A stretch of 63,546 bases of DNA, filler included, from Lenisia limosa (lineage: Eukaryota; Protista; Breviatea): NCBI GenBank assembly GCA_001655205.1. It is 12 parts of 12 records of this genome, joined end to end, with 100 filler letters (N's around TTAATTAATTAA, not from the genome) between each part and the next. Parts side by side here need not be neighbours in the genome. Positions count along the whole stretch, not along the records: positions 61,994 to 63,546 come from LPNZ01002801.1; 11 more parts are not named here. One strand, written 5' to 3'. The notes under the pieces were generated by a model. It ran no database searches. It saw only the letters and a list, made by a program, of their open reading frames with translations, and was not told the origin of the DNA. The position numbers were made by a program, and so were the translations under genes. Positions 63,032-63,546 of this stretch are shown here, in pieces; within the stretch, counting starts at the first letter, position 1, and each line of letters opens with the position of its first letter.

Positions 63032-63502
63032 TATTATAAGCGTGCTGGTGTGGACGGTTTCGGTCAGATACAACCAGTTTTTAGTTGATATCAACTTGAC
63101 ATATTCATGAATTACAACTAATTATCACATTACTTCTCTTGGAAGATTTCATGCAATTACCAGTTTCACTATTTAGCAGAGTATTCTTGAGCCAGTTTCA
63201 GCGGATTCTCCCAACAACTCCGCTCGTAAGCCCTGGTGCTACCTTATCTGGAAATACTGGCTCCACTCCAGTAAACCAAAGATCAGTGAACAGTTTTCTA
63301 GGATTTTTGTTAGATTTTCAGGCTTTTATATTTCGAAGGTGTAGCTCTAACTGCTGGAAGGTTTTTCCGTTCCATGAGATTCTAACCCCCCCCCCCTCCA
63401 CCCTCCATTAGACGCTTATAGAGTTGATTGATGGCTTTTGTTTCAAATGTTACCCCAGCAGCTTTGTTTTTTATTTGTAAAGTTTCTAATTTTACAAAAC
63501 AT

Positions 63503-63546
63503 TGGAGTGATGGGATGCTCTGGCCTGGCCTGTGCTTTGTTTGTTT
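63503..63546 (+). repeat. Repeat B, 5' part, cut by the window end
   Basis: TGGAGTGATGGGATGCTCTGGCCTGGCCTGTGCTTTGTTTGTTT matches the 5' parts of the copies at 61623 and 10429. Confidence 0.6.

Noticed and set aside
1-63546. Fanzor/TnpB, tyrosine recombinase, Polinton or viral genes, rRNA, tRNA
   Set aside because: No RuvC, integrase, capsid, pPolB or structured-RNA signatures recognisable by eye; absence is not proven because of gaps and introns

Overview
This is eukaryotic nuclear DNA from an AT-rich, intron-rich organism, probably a protist. A possible TPH-type ciliary coiled-coil gene hints at a flagellated stage, but the taxon cannot be fixed from sequence alone. It is a draft assembly: eleven artificial 100-nt spacers (44 N + TTAATTAATTAA + 44 N) join 12 separate pieces, so adjacency across spacers is not evidence of linkage. 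I recognise no rRNA, tRNA, CRISPR array or prokaryotic operon. Genes readable by eye through GT-AG introns are: a secreted HExxH metalloprotease-like gene, an MFS transporter, a degenerate pogo/Tc1-type DDE transposase, a Cid1/TUTase PAP-associated motif exon, the 3' part of APC2, an FtsH/AFG3-family fragment, a TPH-like coiled-coil gene, a complete 11-exon DUF1015 gene, a long Arg/Pro/Gln-rich coiled-coil gene and an EF-hand gene. Non-coding DNA is crowded with short repeats: about 20 copies of a ~100-bp hAT-type MITE (8-bp TSDs, random orientation), a Tc1/pogo-type MITE, a 630-bp foldback element and others. The main candidate novelty is two ~100-150-nt dispersed repeats (here called B and C). 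In every copy where I can infer a host gene, they lie in transcriptional sense with their 3' end 0-35 nt from a predicted 3' splice site. They have variable 5' ends, and several are flanked by duplications of the polypyrimidine/acceptor sequence. This suggests retroposon-like elements targeted to splice acceptors. All gene models are manual and need RNA-seq confirmation.
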